Position numbers and translations under genes: made by a program
Assembly (NCBI GenBank): GCA_964187785.1
Contig: OZ076413.1
Coordinates: forward strand, 43,464,001-43,528,000
Origin: Amphiscolops sp. MND2022
Lineage: Eukaryota
DNA length: 64,000 nucleotides
Reading direction: 5' to 3'
Shown here: in pieces, positions 62,201-64,000 of the stretch
How positions within the stretch are numbered: position 1 is the first letter of the stretch
Layout of the letters: each line of letters starts with the position of its first letter
Notes under the pieces: generated by a model
Databases searched by the model: none
Seen by the model: the letters and a program-made list of their open reading frames with translations, nothing else
What the model was told of the DNA's origin: nothing

Positions 62201-63710
62201 CTCATGACTGTATGAGTTTGGTTAGTTGACAAAATTTTAATTTTGAAACAATGAACCGTACACTTTTTTCTGAAGTGCTTCAAACTGCTAAATGTTTCAG
62301 CCGCCTCTAATTCATGGAAAAACACCGGCGAAAATACGTGAAAATGAAAAGGAGCGTACGGAAGTTATTCTAAATGCAGGTTACCGTGTGATTGAGCAAT
62401 GGGAGTGTCAATGGAATCAGCCTAAAGAAACAGACCCCGAAATAAAAGAGTTTGTGAGAAAATTTGATTGTCTACCACAAAAGTTTTCAACGTTGGAGAC
62501 TTTTCTCAATGCAGTTCTGAAAGAAAAAGTCTATGGAATAGCTGAAATTGACATCCACGTTCCAGATCACTTGAAGGAACACTTTAAAGAACTTCCACCC
62601 ATCTTCAAAAATACAACTGTCGAAAGGCAACATCTTTCCGCGGAAATGCAAGATTATGCCAGAGAGTTCGGTTTGATGAAAAACGGTTGGAAATGTCTTG
62701 TCGCCAGCTACTTTGGAGAAAAGATAATTTTATCTTCCGACTACATCAAGTGGTGTTTAGAACATGGTTTGGTTGTTACAAAATGCTACCAGTTTCTTTG
62801 TTACAAAAAAGCACAACCCTTCAAAGATTTTTTGGATTTTGTAACAGAAAACAGACGTCGAGGAGATGTAGACAAGTCGCTCAGTGTGATTGCAGAAACA
62901 TCCAAACTTATTGGAAACAGCGCATATGGCATCCAACTCATAAACAAATCAAAATTTCAAAACACGCTTTTTGTTGATGAAAGAAAAGTTGATCAAAAAA
63001 TCAATTCCCCGAAATTCCGGTCCTATGACATTGTGGATGAAAAAATATACGAAACTAACATGGCTAAAAGAAAAATTGTGCACGATGAACCCATTCTCGT
63101 TGGTTTTACAGTACTAAACAATGGAAAACAAAGAATGTTGGAGTTTCGTTACGACTTTCTCGGCAGAATTATGAGACCAAGGTCTTTTCGGGCTATGGAG
63201 ATGGACACCGACTCTTTCTACATGGCTTTGACAGAAAACGACCTCTTCGATTGTTTCACTGAGGCTGCATAGACACAAATGCAAGAAAATTCAAAGCATT
63301 ATCATGAAGAAGAAGATTGCTATCTACCAAATGCTCAACTGAATTTTCTAACACGAAGCTGCTGTAAAGAACACGGTGCAATGGATAAAAGAATACCTGG
63401 ATTTTTCAAAATTGAATGGAAAGGAAGGGAAATGATTTGTCTCAACAGCAAAACCTACTGTGCATTTAACGAAAACAACAAAAAGATGAAAATGGCTCTC
63501 AAGGGAAGCAACAAAAATCTAGAGTCGCCATTGGAAAGATTTAAATCTGTCTTGTTCAACAAAGTGCCCTACGAAGGAACTAACAAGGGATTTCGCTACT
63601 ACCGAGGAAACATGTTCACATATAAACAAAACAAAATGTCTATAACATATTTTTATTACAAACGATTTGTGCATGCTGATGGTGTTACAACATCCTCAAT
63701 AAATGTATAA
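59219..63710 (+). pseudogene. pPolB, copy 2; intron 62221-62300
   Basis: Same motifs; frameshifts ~59425 and ~61230, stops 61672 and 63270. Confidence 0.93.
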
Positions 63711-63802
63711 CGTAACTCTGAAGTTTTTTCTCTATAAAACTGGTTTGAATATATTTGTTTTTTTTCTTTCAGTTTCGACGAAAGCTCATAAACTTTTCAG
63801 AA

Positions 63803-64000
63803 ATGGCTAACAATGAATGGACACCACCGACTCGAAAAAATACAACTGTTCCTCCTACTGTTTTTCGCAAAGAGAAGAAGAGGACGAAACAAGCAATTAT
63901 TGGATTAGGTAAAAATTTAAACATAATCCAACCGGAGGTGAAATATAGTCCAATTGCGAGTTTGTATTAATGATGTTTCAGACACACCTCTTGGTGATGA
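63803..64000 (+). CDS. Four-exon hypothetical gene, copy 2 (partial)
   Basis: Duplicate of 16855-17052. Confidence 0.6.

Overview
AT-rich eukaryotic (probably invertebrate animal) repeat-rich DNA with no recognisable host gene. Layout: (1) a ~176-bp satellite array (1-4470) that cuts off a spliced tyrosine-recombinase-like gene; (2) a decayed Polinton/Maverick-like element (to ~18457) with packaging ATPase, protein-primed PolB and small accessory ORFs, several with spliceosomal introns, but no visible RVE integrase, capsid or protease gene; (3) a young 15.8-kb Gypsy LTR retrotransposon (18751-34531, 1743-bp LTRs, CCGGG TSD) with intact gag/pol plus two extra genes: an antisense, intron-containing ~1183-aa BED-finger/hAT-transposase-like gene and a sense ORF running into the 3' LTR; (4) MITEs and a decayed Mag-like LTR element (38598-44730, GCCTT TSD); (5) a second near-identical copy of the satellite + recombinase + Polinton block (offset ~47 kb) running off the window end. 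The most notable systems are the Gypsy element with its antisense spliced cargo gene and shared LTR/internal motif, and the intron-bearing Polinton-like element paired with a tyrosine recombinase. Family assignments come from motif recognition by eye, not database searches.
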